Part shown: positions 24,015 to 36,700 of the stretch, one piece after another | How the letters are laid out: every line of letters starts with the position of its first letter | Numbering within the stretch: position 1 is the stretch's first letter | Source of the DNA: Sphagnum compactum | Lineage: Eukaryota | Length of the DNA: 64,000 nt | Assembly: GCA_965153455.1 (NCBI GenBank) | Contig: OZ234493.1 | Coordinates: 13,816,213-13,880,212, forward strand | Direction of reading: 5' to 3' | Translations under genes and position numbers: made by a program | The notes under the pieces: generated by a model | What the model was told of the DNA's origin: nothing | Database searches by the model: none | Seen by the model: only the letters and a program-made list of their open reading frames with translations

Positions 24015-27000
24015 CTATTTGACAATTGCAGTCGGAGAAGAGTCAGGAGATGAGCCTCTGTCTTGGGGTATGATGGTGGCCAGGTAGTGGTGCTGTGAGT
24101 TCAACCGGTTGGCAACATCCCAGAATGCAATGAGAAAGATCATAAGGGATGACAGCACAAGGAATACATTCCAGAGGTGGTCGATGGCAGCATTGACAGG
24201 TTTGCATTTCTGTGTGACTATTATTGACACTGTGTCAGTCACAAATGAGCAGTTGGTGAGTCCATCGATTAATGGGAATGTGTTGAGGATGGCTTGACCA
24301 GCTGCATGACATTCCCTCCCCAAAAATACCCATCCATCATCACAACCATGAGCCTTCAATTCCTCACAAACTTCCAGACAACTACCTATTTCTTTGGTTT
24401 CCTTCTCCTTGGGAGCCAAAGTCTCTCTATGACATTCGGAGTAGCTCCAGACATCCACAAAAGCAACAATTCTTGTGCAAACACAAACACCCATGTGCAC
24501 ACACATATATGCATTCACGGGATTCTCTCTCATCACTTTGTTTTGAAGTTTTGCTCAGGATGCTGATGCCTGTTATCTATTGAAGAAGATTTTGTAGCCT
24601 GAGAAATAGTCTGCTGCGTACATGAGATCGTGGGACAAGAGCCTGAGGTGGTTTACCTTGACTAAGATCTGTGAATGTGGCATTCTCATTCTCAGTGATC
24701 AATTTACCACTATTCGTGCATGCTGGAGAGAGTGCTGCAGGGTTTGTATTATTGCATACCAAGGGTGCTATCACCTGCCAACACCCAAAATGTTCCCATC
24801 ATCAGATTCACCTTCAAGCTCACCTAATTTTTTTCTCTATCCTCAGTGTCTCTTGAGCATCAAGATTTGTGTGTTCATTTTTCAGAAACATGGATTTCTA
24901 TTTGCTGCAACTGAAATGTTTTCGGTACCTTACACAGACATACATGAAGTGTTCTTTATAAGGTGTTGGGATTACTCACTTCTTGCAGGTCACCAATTGG
25001 AAGTGTCGTGTTGGGGCAAATGCCAGTATAAGCGTAATCAGGGGCTGGACCAATGGGGTCACATAAGCCTGTTAGACTTGTTATGCCCTCTGCATACGTC
25101 ATGAACGTAACATTTTGCTGCAAGAAAAAGAAAAACTCCCAACACAGAGTTTTCCATCAGGATTCAGCATTGAAATTCTGGTCATAACATGCATGTGTGC
25201 ACACACCAACTATTTATTCCATTGCCAAAATTGAAGATGATGCCAATTCTTTTGCACCAAATATCATGCAAAAGAGAAAGGGAAGAAGTCTAGCTGACAT
25301 ACAGTTCTAATAACAGTATCAATACCGATGCGAGCTTCCAGATATGTGCGGTTGGCTGCAGCCAAAGCAGCACAAGGGAGCAGAGCCTCGAGAGTAGTGT
25401 TGACTGGATTTTGTAGGTATTCATGCAATGATATGCATGTGTCTGACCCGATACTTTGTTTCATGCAAGTTGAAAACAACCCACCCCCCCCCCCCCCCCA
25501 GGCATCCCACACACACTTGTCAGAACTGTAGAATTACACATAGAGGACAGACACAAAAAACTGAAACAGATTTTGAATTGCCATTCTTAGAGCATGCAAA
25601 CCCATCATGCTAAAAATCTTCAGACCATGAATCCTGAATCCATTCCAGAAGAAATGTTGCATTTTTTGTTTTTTTGGTCTTGAACAGAAAATTTATCTGT
25701 GATGAAGAAGCTCAATCCTCTGCTTCAAAATGAGGGTTGAAAGAAGAAATATTCTAGAAAATGGGAGTAGTAGTAACTTACTTGTGAGCAGCATAGAAGA
25801 TGCCAAATGCGATCCAAGTCAAGGTTGTCATAATCCAAGCCAATACAATGATACTGTCCGTCAACAGAAAAACACACATGAAATAATTTCACACAGTCTC
25901 TCTACTTTCTTTGAAACAAAAATTGCGAAGCTCAAACCCCTAATTTTCTGAATCCTGAATCCAAACCTAATTTCTGAATCCGAAATCTATCTAACTAGCA
26001 GAAGTGCTTAGCAGAAAAGGCTGCTATTGGTTGGTGGTGGTGGTGGTGATCGTCTGGGGAATTGAGTTGTGGTGAGATACAAAATTGCATATAAAAGACC
26101 GTAAAATCATCAGCAGCCACTAATCAAACAAAATCCTGTTAGCAACAATCAGTGATGGTGGCAGCAACAGCAAAATCTGAACAAGCACTAAAATGCTCAG
26201 ATGCTGCACAAAACATGAGACTTACAGGTTCTACAAGAACTTTATCCACATCAGAAACAATGGCTCAGATGCTTCTGCACAAACATGAGAGACTTACAAA
26301 TACAAGAATTGAATCCACATGAGAAACGTCGATGCTGCCATCCAAAATCACCCAAAACAAAATCATCAGAACAACAGAACAGGCCTTGAAAACCTGACCT
26401 GAGCAATCTATATCTCACTACCAAAACAAAGGTTAAAAACAAAAACCCACACAAAAAAAGCTCCATGGACCATACAACAACACTATGTATGTAATCCCTC
26501 CCTCCCAATGCCACATGCAGATCATATGACAGTAGTAGAAAATCAAAGGAAGGATTCACAAAGTGCTGTGTGCCTGCCTGCCTGCAACATCACCACCAAG
26601 CAGACCCAAGCAAAACTGTTTCAAGAAGACAGAAAAAAAGGGAAGCTATGCAAGAAAAAGGAGGAAAGAGAGTTGGGACTGGGGAAGAAGAAGAAGAAAC
26701 TGGGCCCATACCAAGTCCGCCAATAATAAGAAGGAAAGTTACTGTCGTCATCAGGATCAACACGATCTCACTGCCATATCCCACAGATTTTGCAAGCTGT
26801 GAGTGAGTGAGAAGCTTGAGCAAATTGCAAAAGCCATGGCACAATATGAAGAACAAGAACAAGAAAACCCAATTAAGAACAATGGGGAAACCAAACCTAG
26901 AGCTGTTTGTGCAGCTGTTGTTGCTGCTGCAGGCAGAGGGGGGATGGGGTGGGGGCGATGGGGGAAGAATGGATGGGAGAGGGGACTTACATGATGTCAA

Positions 27001-28397
27001 CCACATGTTTGTATGTCTTCTTGTTGACAAGGACCTTGGATTCCACATTGTTGGCTTGTTCAGAGAGTGTGTTTTCAATGGAATTGAGAGATGTGAGAAA
27101 GCTTGGAGAGCTGTAAGGTCGCAAGATGGTCTCCACACTTGCAAACTGTGCTGATACTGTGTGGATTGAGTCTGTCGCATTTTGTGCAGCTTCCAGAACT
27201 ACATCTTCCACATCTGTGGCTTGGCTCTTGAACTCCTGGATGCTTACATACAGAGCCACAATGCATCCTCTGCAACACAAAAAACAACAACACAAAACAA
27301 TCCATCCTCATGCAACAACAAAAACAACCACCCAATGCTTTGTCTCTCAGCAAGCAAGCAAGCAAGCAAAGCAGTTGTGGGTTTGTTGTGTGTGCTGCTG
27401 CAAGTATGAGCAGCTGCAAAGAAGAAAATGAAGAAGAAGAAGCAGAAGATCAAGAACAAGAAGACAAGCCCAGCAAGCAACACCGAGAAATGGAAAAGAG
27501 AGAGAGAGAGGCATACATGGCGGCAGTAGAGAGGAGGACGACAACGAGGCGAGGAATGGAGTATGAAGCAGGTGCACGAGGCAGAGTCTTGGAGCGACAG
27601 AAGGAGGAGCGGCGTGCGCGACGACGCCTCCATCGAAGAAGAGATTTGGAGCAAACTAGGAGCGACAAGAGCAGACCCAAGAGTACCCATGCTGCTGCAA
27701 TTGCATATCCATAGATTCCTGTGAAGATCACGGACTGCAGCACCATCCATGCACCCAATCTCTTAGCAACTAAAACAGACTCTGAAACTCCAGGAAGCAA
27801 AAAAAACAATCAGATCCTACAATTGCAATTGCACTTGCACTTGCAATGCCCAACAGTTGCACAAACTTTCCCGGACCAGTTTCTAGGGACTTGCAGCAAG
27901 CAGGTTGGGTCTTGTTCACGTACCGCCCAGTAGTGTTTGCTTTTGAGATCATATCCAGCTTCGTACTTCCGGAAGTGGTCCAGAGGATCAATGCGGTCGC
28001 TCTTGGCATCCAAAGCTCTGAAGCCGTTGCTGTTGCTGTCGGTTTTGTTGCTGCTTCGTTGTTGCAGTAGCACCCTCGACTGCAGCAGCTCTGGTGCAGC
28101 TACTGCTCCTTGAGCTTGAGCTGGAGATGGAAAATGAGATGCTAGAAGAACTTGTACTACTAGAACCAAGACTAGTATCGGCAATTGAGACTTGATCAAG
28201 CTGCTGCTTCTGCTGGGATTCCGCGGGTTTCCATGATGATTCCTGCCGGCATTCATTTCTGTTGCACAAATGTCATGATGGAGGAATAATATTTTGCATG
28301 CAGATCCCCGGCTATGTTTCTGATCATGTTCAAATTCTGCTTGCTCATTCTTCGATCCTGATCTTCTTGAATGAAGAAGAAGAAGAAGATCACCCAT
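24015..28397 (-). CDS. Uncharacterised multi-pass transmembrane protein (plant family with RxDPLxHFxKYxxGYDxxxKHYWASxxFTG; possibly Tweety/prominin-like), ~610 aa, 10 exons
   Basis: Exons 28397-27924, 27734-27517, 27269-26991, 26770-26712, 26334-26298, 25853-25782, 25453-25303, 25117-24980, 24774-24657, 24301-24015. All GT-AG; total 1833 nt in frame. Signal-like hydrophobic segment, ~5 TM helices, Cys-containing loops (DTC, LLPC, LTNCSFV, KCKP). The start may instead be the ATG at 28256. Confidence 0.88.
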
Positions 28398-29279
28398 TGG
28401 ATTAAGGTCAAACAGAACTTGTGATCAAATCTCTTGAACCTCAGCAGCAGCTTTCAAGCATGTGGTGGACGGGGATCTAGGATTGCTGCCATGTCTAATT
28501 CATTATGAAGTCGGCAATTAGCTACAACCTTATAAATAAGCTGCAGCAGCTTGCAAGATCGATAGATGGATGATGCAGAAGCTCTAGTACAGCTCAAGAT
28601 TAGAGCTTGTTGTAGACACAGCTGTTTCAATGCTTCTCTCTCTCTGTGTGTCTCTCTGTGTGTCTCTCTGCATGCTGCAATTTTGAAGACGATGGAGAAG
28701 GGGAAGCTCTGCACTGTAAGATGCAAATGCTAGGTACCCAAGTAAGTGTCTGGCTGTTTCTGGATGAATCAATCACCCACCCAACACTGAATTTTATACT
28801 TGACAAATCTTCCCCGGGAGATCATGCAAGCAAAGATCAGAATTCCTTAACCGGAAAGCTTGAATACATGAAGTTCAATGCTTCTCTCTCTTTCTCTCTC
28901 TAGCTAGCAGCTCCTGCCCACTAGAGATTCATTTACGGCAACCCAAAGATCCGCTAGAATCTGAGATCATGGCTAAATTTTTTTCATGATCTCCCATACT
29001 GACCCATGTCGATCGATCATACACGACAACAACCAAAAAAAAAGCAAAAAAGCAAAAGCAATTCTTCTTCTCAAGCGAGAGAGGCACGCAAAAGCTAAAC
29101 CCCCAAACTGGATAAGAAAAAAAGAAAAAAAAGAGGTTTATGGCGGGCTCCAAGCTTCTTGCAGTAGAATTCAATTCAACAACAACAAAAACAACAAGTC
29201 TTGGATTGTGTAATTCAAGAGCAAGTTGTTGTTAGAATTCTAGACAACGTTCTCTTCCTGTTCAAAGAAGAAGGTCCTT

Positions 29280-29845
29280 GTCCTCCTCCTTGTGCTGCTG
29301 CTGCTCCTCCTCCTCCTCCTTTTCTTCTTCTTCTTGTTGGACTTCTCCCTTCTTGCTGCACACAAACTGTTGTTGTGTATACAAGTTTTTGTGTGTCCAT
29401 CTTGCACATGTAATTGCAGCAGATTTCTTTCCCCCATGGGTCACTCCAGGAAGCTGTTGATGATGATGATGATGCTGCTGAAGCATCACTTTGAAAGGGA
29501 AAAGTGGCTATTGTTGTGCACAGAATGACACATGCAGCAGCTAGAGATGAAAGTTAGTTGGGTCCCCATGAACTCTGGACTCTTCCTCCTCCTCCTCCTC
29601 CTCCTCTTCTTCTTCCTCTTCTTCCTTCTTCCTTCCTTCCTTCCTTCCTTCCCTTCCCTTCCCTTCCCTTCCTGCTGCTGATTCTCTCCTCCTTTCTGCC
29701 TGGGCTCTAGAGAAAGGGCAGCAGGAAAAGCCACCAACAGGGTGGTGGTTGTGCTCACTGTAGCAACCTGGATGGATGGATGGATGGTTGGATGGATGAA
29801 ATCTCCAAATGGGTCCCCACCTGGATGGATGGATGGATGGATGGA
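29280..29845. repeat. Microsatellite cluster (CCT, CTT, GAT, TTCC, GGAT) upstream of the membrane-protein gene
   Basis: Directly visible simple repeats; these explain the many low-complexity ORFs here. Confidence 0.85.
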
Positions 29846-32785
29846 TTTTCTCCAAATGGGTTTTCACTCCAAAAACTCAAGAAGAAAAGAAAAGAAAAAG
29901 AAGAAATTAAAAAAAAGAAAATTCCACTCTCCAAAAACACATGTTCAAGAAAAGAAAAAACCCTAATCCATGAAACCCTAATTGGAGAAATTGGACCAGG
30001 ACTTTACAAGGAAGGAACCTTGGCAGGGTCCCTTTGTTTTTAAAAAAAAAAAAAAAAGTTAAAAAATAAAATTGGATGAATTTTATAATTCAGTCTTGAG
30101 ATCGATTCTTTCAATTTCTAAAACCTTCAATTTCCAATTGTTTTTCATCTCCAGTACACATAACTAAAATTATTTTTTACACCTTTTTTTTTATTCGTGT
30201 AACATTTAAAAAAAAAATAGTGCACACAATTCAAATAGAGATTATGTGATATTAATTATGTATAACCAATAAAATGCAATAACTTGCCTAAAATTTTAGG
30301 TCATAAACTGGGTTCCATTTATATGTCTAAACTGTTCTAGTTTTTTTTTGAAAAAAAATTTAAACTGAAAAAAAAGAGTTTCTTCTAATTAGAATGTTTT
30401 CAGAAATTTTGAAAATTGAAAAAACCCCTTTATTTTTCCAACCAACAAAAAATTTTTGTAGGGAAATTAAATATTGAAACCTTCAACAATATTGACTAAA
30501 CCCTAAACCTTTACAAAGAAGGGTCTTAGTAGTTTGTGGTCGTGCATTAGGTCTGATCAATGGCCATTATGTGATGGAATCGCACGTGAAGAGACATTCC
30601 GTCACATCGGGAAAAGCTTTTGTGGATTATTTGCTAAACCTCTTGATCGTTGCATGGATTTGGAAGAGCAATTTTATGTATTTATTTAATTATTTAATTA
30701 TTTAATTTTAGCCCTGAAAAGCTTTGGGTGAAAGGGGGAATCTCTAGTAGCCTACTAGAATTGTTCTTTCTCCTAAAAGAAAGAAGAAAGAAGTGGAAGG
30801 AAAACAAGAGATTTTATCAAACACTTGTGGTGCTTTAAGAGAAAGATGAATTGAAGCTAAATGATTGAAGCTTAATGAATGAATAGATGAAAACACAAAG
30901 ATACCCATTTTCTACTTGGATTTCATTTATGTCATCTTTCCAATATTTTTTTCATGTAGATTTTTTGCATGAAAAGATTGCGACAACAAAAAAGAAAAGA
31001 AAAGAAAAGAAAAAATAAAAAAGGAAAAAATGTTTTCTTCCACAACTCTTGCCACTTTCCTTACCTTTTCATTAAAATTAAAAATAAAATGAAATTGGGT
31101 CATGCCTTTAGGCAAGGGCTATGCATTTTGTTGGGTCTACTACAACACCACCACAATGCTAGAAGTAGCTTGGATTTTTATGAGCATAAATAGGTGATTT
31201 TCAATCACGCCTATAAAAAGTAATTTGTAATTTAGAAACTAATTAGGAAAAATAAAAAAGAAAAAAAGTAGAACTTAAAGATCTAGAACTAGTAGTAGGT
31301 AAGGTGAGACAAATGATGAGATATTTCATTTATTTCAAATATCTAATATAATTAGTGTTTAGGCATTTCCATTTATTTTCTTCTTGTGCAATTTTTAATT
31401 TAATTGTAGTTTTTTTTGTTTTGTTAAGTAATAAAAAATGTTAGTAATAAAAAGATGTTATGTCTATTAAATAAATAATAGAATCCGAAGTGTAAATAGG
31501 ACTGAGATTAAGTGAAAATAATGTATAAATATCATGGCGTGGACCTTGTGTATTTTACACCTATATTTGCACTTGCACAAGAAATTTTTGGGTTGATTAT
31601 TTGGTAGAGGCTTTCTCTTCATTTCTCTCATCACAAAATAAATTGGAAGAAAATTTGATTTGGTTCTCTCACCCTATTGCCCCTTTGATGTTTCTTAAGC
31701 CATCACTTTGGATTTTTATGGCAAGTTGGATGTGGGGTCCCTTAACATGACATGCAAAAACCCACAATTGAGTGGCAAAAAAACACAATTTTAGTTACAA
31801 ATGTTTCTCCAAATTTATGAACAAAGGCAATACAAAACAAAGGGGGGGAAAAAAAATAGGGTTTAGGGTTTTGTGTTTAAACAAGTTTACAAATTATTTT
31901 GATTGAGAGTTTATATGAAAGAAGGCAACACAAAACAAAAAAGGGAAAAAAGGGTTTAAGGTTTAAGTGAGTTTCAACATATAATCATGGGTTATAAATG
32001 TTTTTTCCCCTAAATTTATGAGAGAAAGGAAGTTCCCAAGACAAAAGGGGAAAAGAAGGGTTAAGGGTTTAGTGTTTAAGACTTGACTATTAAGACTTGA
32101 ATGTTCTTTTTTCTTTTGGCTAATGTTTAGGGTTTAGGACTTGAACAATTTTTTTCCCCCTTTTTCCCTCTTTATTAGCTAATGGAAGAAAAATAAAATA
32201 AAATTCCATACTCTACATGAGTTTATTTCTCTTTATTTTCAGGTAATTGCTTGTAGCATGGCATTCAAGACAAAGTAACAATTGATTTGATACACAAGCC
32301 ATGTTTCTTAGAATGTTTCCATCACTGTAGCTATTGCTGCATTCCTTTTGAAGACCAAGTTGGTGGGCTCCACATGACCTTTTGCAGCATTGTTATGTTT
32401 TGAGGACAATTTTGGAGACTTGGGGTGCTTAACTTCAAAGTTCATACCATCTTCTTTAACTTGTCCACACTTCATAGTTCATTTTTTGTAATGGGTCGTC
32501 ATTGCCAAGCACATGTTGAATTCACGTCACATAAAAATTTCTAAAGTTTTAGCACAACACCACACCACAAGTCAAATTGACGTCACACATATTTTTAAAG
32601 AAAAAAAACTTAAACCCATCAAAAGACATGCTTCACAATCTATCAACTTGTTTAAAAAAAGACTCATTGACACGGAAAAAAAAGAATCTTGTCAAAAAAA
32701 AAGACTCATTGACATGGAAAAAAAAGGAATTGGGTATGGGAATGAAAGCAAAGCACTATAACATCAAATTCCAAAAGGAAAAAAC

Positions 32786-32789
<4 letters not shown>

Positions 32790-32827
<38 letters not shown>
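32790..32827. repeat. (GA)n microsatellite
   Basis: About 19 GA units. Confidence 0.95.
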
Positions 32828-32829
<2 letters not shown>

Positions 32830-32989
32830 ATGTTTGGAGGTTGTTGGTTAATAACTAAACCCAATCTAAGGGATCATGGAGGTGATGAGAGAACATAAAT
32901 AAACCCAATCCAAGGGAACATGGAGGTGACAAGAGAACATATATTTTTCACCCATCAAGGAATGATACAAGTCTTTTGGGGTGTATTCG

Positions 32990-33770
32990 TATCCCATAGC
33001 TGACTACGGTGGTTAACTATGTACTAACCATCGTCATGTAACCATGAAGGATGGATGCTATGTGAACACGAAAACACACTTTTCTGTTGCATTCCTTTCC
33101 CATAGCTGACCTAACTACAGTGGTTACTTATGTACTACCCATCCAAATGTAACCATGCATGATGGATGGATGGATGGTATGTGGACAAGAAACAAATGTT
33201 CCATTGTAATCTTGCCCAATAGCTGCTGACCATGGTGATTAGCAATGTACTAACCACCCACACAAATGATGGATGATATGTGGATCAAAAAACACTTTTC
33301 TATTGTATTCCATAGCTGACCACAGTGATTAGCAATGTACTACTAACCATCCACACATATGATGGATGATATGGGGATAAAAATCACTTTTTCATTGTAT
33401 TCCATAGCTCACCATGGTGGTTAGCTATGTACTAACCATCCACATGTATGATGGATGATACGTGGATAGAAAACACTTTTTCTATTGTATTCCATAGCTC
33501 ACCATGGGGGTTAGCTATGTACTAACCATCCACATGTATGATGGATGATACGTGGATAGAAAACACTTTTCTATTGTATTCCATAGCTCACCATGGTGGT
33601 TAGCTATGTACTAACCATCCACACATATGATGAATGATACGTGGATAGAAAACACTTTTCTATTGTATTCCATAGCTCACCAAGGTGGTTAACTATGTAC
33701 TAACCATTCACATGTATGATGGATGAACTGTGGCGAAAAAACATTTTTTTTATTATATTCAAATGTACTA
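32990..33770. repeat. ~89-bp minisatellite, ~8.5 units, each with internal inverted repeats
   Basis: Unit tattgtattccatagctcaccatggtggttagctatgtactaaccatccacatgtatgatggatgatacgtggatagaaaacacttttc starts at 33483, 33572 and 33661; more diverged units lie upstream. Confidence 0.95.
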
Positions 33771-36700
33771 ATGAATCACATGTATCTAACATCTTATCAA
33801 ACCACTTAGTAGCCACCAAATGCCTTACCTACTTATCACATTATTCTTTTGACACATGCAGTTCAGTTAGCTCCAACAACAATTCCACAACAAAATTGTC
33901 ATGTGGGGAAAAGAATTTCAAAAGTCAGCAAGTCTATGTGATCAGCAGCAATACATACTACTAACTTACCTAGCAAATGACTGAGAAGATGGAGAGTGAG
34001 TCTCTCTAGACATAAGTCAAACCCTAAACCTCTCCTCTTCTTAAGATTCCAATTGGGTAGTTCATCAAATTAGTTGAACACCAACAAATCTCATAATTCA
34101 ACATGAATTGAATGTCAACTTTGATTGACCCAACTTACTTCTAATGGCGATTCTCTAATCGACCTTGCTACTAATCTAGGATTCTAGAGGATGGTAAAGT
34201 TGGAGCTATGTCATTCACCTTTTACAATAGAGTTATCCGTAAAGTTATCCTCTGTTTCACTCTCAATCTCCTCTGCTTTCGGCCCGTATCCCCTCTTTCA
34301 GTGGTATCCGTAAAATAATGAAATTTTATTAAATCTGGGCATGAAATGCTGAAACTCAGCACTTAATGCACAAGGTTCAAGACTAATTATAGTAGTTGTA
34401 CAGGTAGGAGCAATGAAAAAATATGTAGCGGCAGTGAGGCGCTCAGGAAAAGGGAAAGAGAGGATGAAACTCAGTTTACCACCAAAATTGGTGGAAAAAC
34501 TAGTTTGGGTCCCAGTTATTTCATTTTGTAAAATTTTCATTCCCACTTACAAGTTTGATGCCCTACTATGCCGAAAGTGGCCGTTCTTGCCCCTTAATAG
34601 CCTGACTTCACAGATAACTCTAATTAGTGATTTGTTTTTGGGGCGGGGGGGGGAATATGTTGGAAAAGGAATATTTCATAACAAATTTCCTGTTTTTTTG
34701 GGGAAAAAACTAGTCAAAAAGGAAAACATTTATTTGAAATTGATCGAAAATTGGCACGATTGTCTGCAATATGAAAGGGTGTGCTTAATATTTTTTTTTC
34801 ATATTTTGAATATTGCTAAAATTGGCTAAATATACTTATGGATTATCACCACTTGAGCAAAATCACAAAATTGAAAAAGAAAAAACATTGCTAACAACTT
34901 GATGTTGCATGTTCAACTATGTTAATCAAGCATTTATATTCGTGTAATTTTATGAGCCTATTAATTTTTTAGGTCTTTTATTTTCTCTATTTTGCTATCT
35001 CAAAAATTTGGCAAATTATTCCACCCGAAAAGGAAAATACAGTCAAATTTACAGTTTAAAAAAAAAATCGAATTTTTTTGTTGAAATTTTTAATTTTTTC
35101 AAAAAGAAAAATGTTCCTTGTTTCATGGGTTTTTTAAAAGAAAATTTAATTACTTAAAATGTTTGTGTACTTGTTTTGAGAGTGCTTCAATCTCCTATCA
35201 ACTATTAACAAAAAGGTGCGCTAGATAAATTGTAATTCCCTTTAGATTGTCATTTTTCATAAAAGTTAGACTTTACGTACAAAGTAGGTGAATGTTTCTT
35301 TTCATTAAATTGAGGGAATGTCCAAGTTTATTTTAAGGAGTTTTGCATGTTCAAGTTTTTAAGGAACTTTGTAGTGTAGAATCGACATGTGTTACAAAAT
35401 TGCTCCATGGACACAAACAACCACACATCTTTGGAGCCTTCGGAGACAAGATGAATGCTTTGATATATTAGTTGGTCACATATTTAACAATTCACAAATT
35501 TGAAGATTCGGATTCACCACATCTACATATATGTAGACAATGAAAAGTAAATTCATGTGAGACCCACCAAACACTACACCAGAAATCACAAATCATGGGG
35601 AGATTAAAAAAATCCCATCTCCTCCAATCGAACTCCGTGTTAGAATGTAACTTGACCACAACCCACGAATGTTTTGGAGGTTGGAGAATGATCGATGTAA
35701 CTGAATTCCAACCTTCTCAAATATTCCTTATGACTTTAGATTAGGTGGAACTACTTTCATTAATCAAAAATCCAAAAGGAAGAATCGTGCATTAAAATAG
35801 TGCAAAATATAGTTTCCTGAGAAGGTATTAGGTCGATGACTAAACACACCATCAAATCTAACAAAGTCACACACATTTTAAAACGTGCACACAAATGACG
35901 ATGAGACTCGTAGAACACTATGTGGAAACAAGTCCCTCAAAACACACCCAATTTTATTTTTTGGAAACTGCATTCACATTGAACTAGGTGCAAACAACAA
36001 ATGACTAAGAAAAAAAAAATTATTATATTATATTATAAGTAGTTCCTAACAAAGAAGAAAGTAAATGGAAAGGGCTCTTATTTATGTACATATTAGTCTT
36101 GGATACAAGTAGTTGGAACTTCTTGCCTTTAAAACCTCGCCTTAAGAAAAGCAAAGCATGTGTATTATACCATCATCATTATCATCATCCTTCTCCACCA
36201 AATTGGTGGCAAGAGAATGTTACAACACATCCGACATATAAGTAACGTAGTACTCTTCAAAGGCTAAACCCTAAACCTCTTTGAGGGGAGATCGGGCTCT
36301 ATGGATCTTTTGTTATTGAATTTATAAATGGAAAGTAGACCCGTAATGAGATGGCCCGACTTTAAAAGTTTGAAAAGGTACCTAGTATGTCCACCTCTAC
36401 TCACTAGGTTGGCACTTTGGTGCGAGTCCGAACTTACGGCTTTTAGGCCCATAAAGTTTGGTTATTGCACTTTAAAGTGACTCGAGACTTCCGAAGAACA
36501 TTTGGGTTCTTTAAAAGAAGCGTTAAAAGAGTGCCAAATGCCAAGTGCTCCATCTCACACCGACCCTTATTTTTAGTCTTATAAAGTTTTTTTTTTGGTG
36601 TTTTTGAAACATGTCACATGCCATGTGCCCCCACATCTTGTCATGTAAACCACCCATCTCCTCTCCTTAGACACACACACATCTTCTTCCCATCTCTTTA

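Noticed and set aside
26500-30050. Numerous overlapping short ORFs on both strands
   Set aside because: Explained by the spliced membrane-protein gene and by microsatellites.
32990-33770. CRISPR-like array (palindromic repeats at regular spacing)
   Set aside because: The whole unit is repeated with no unique spacers, there are no cas genes, and the context is eukaryotic.
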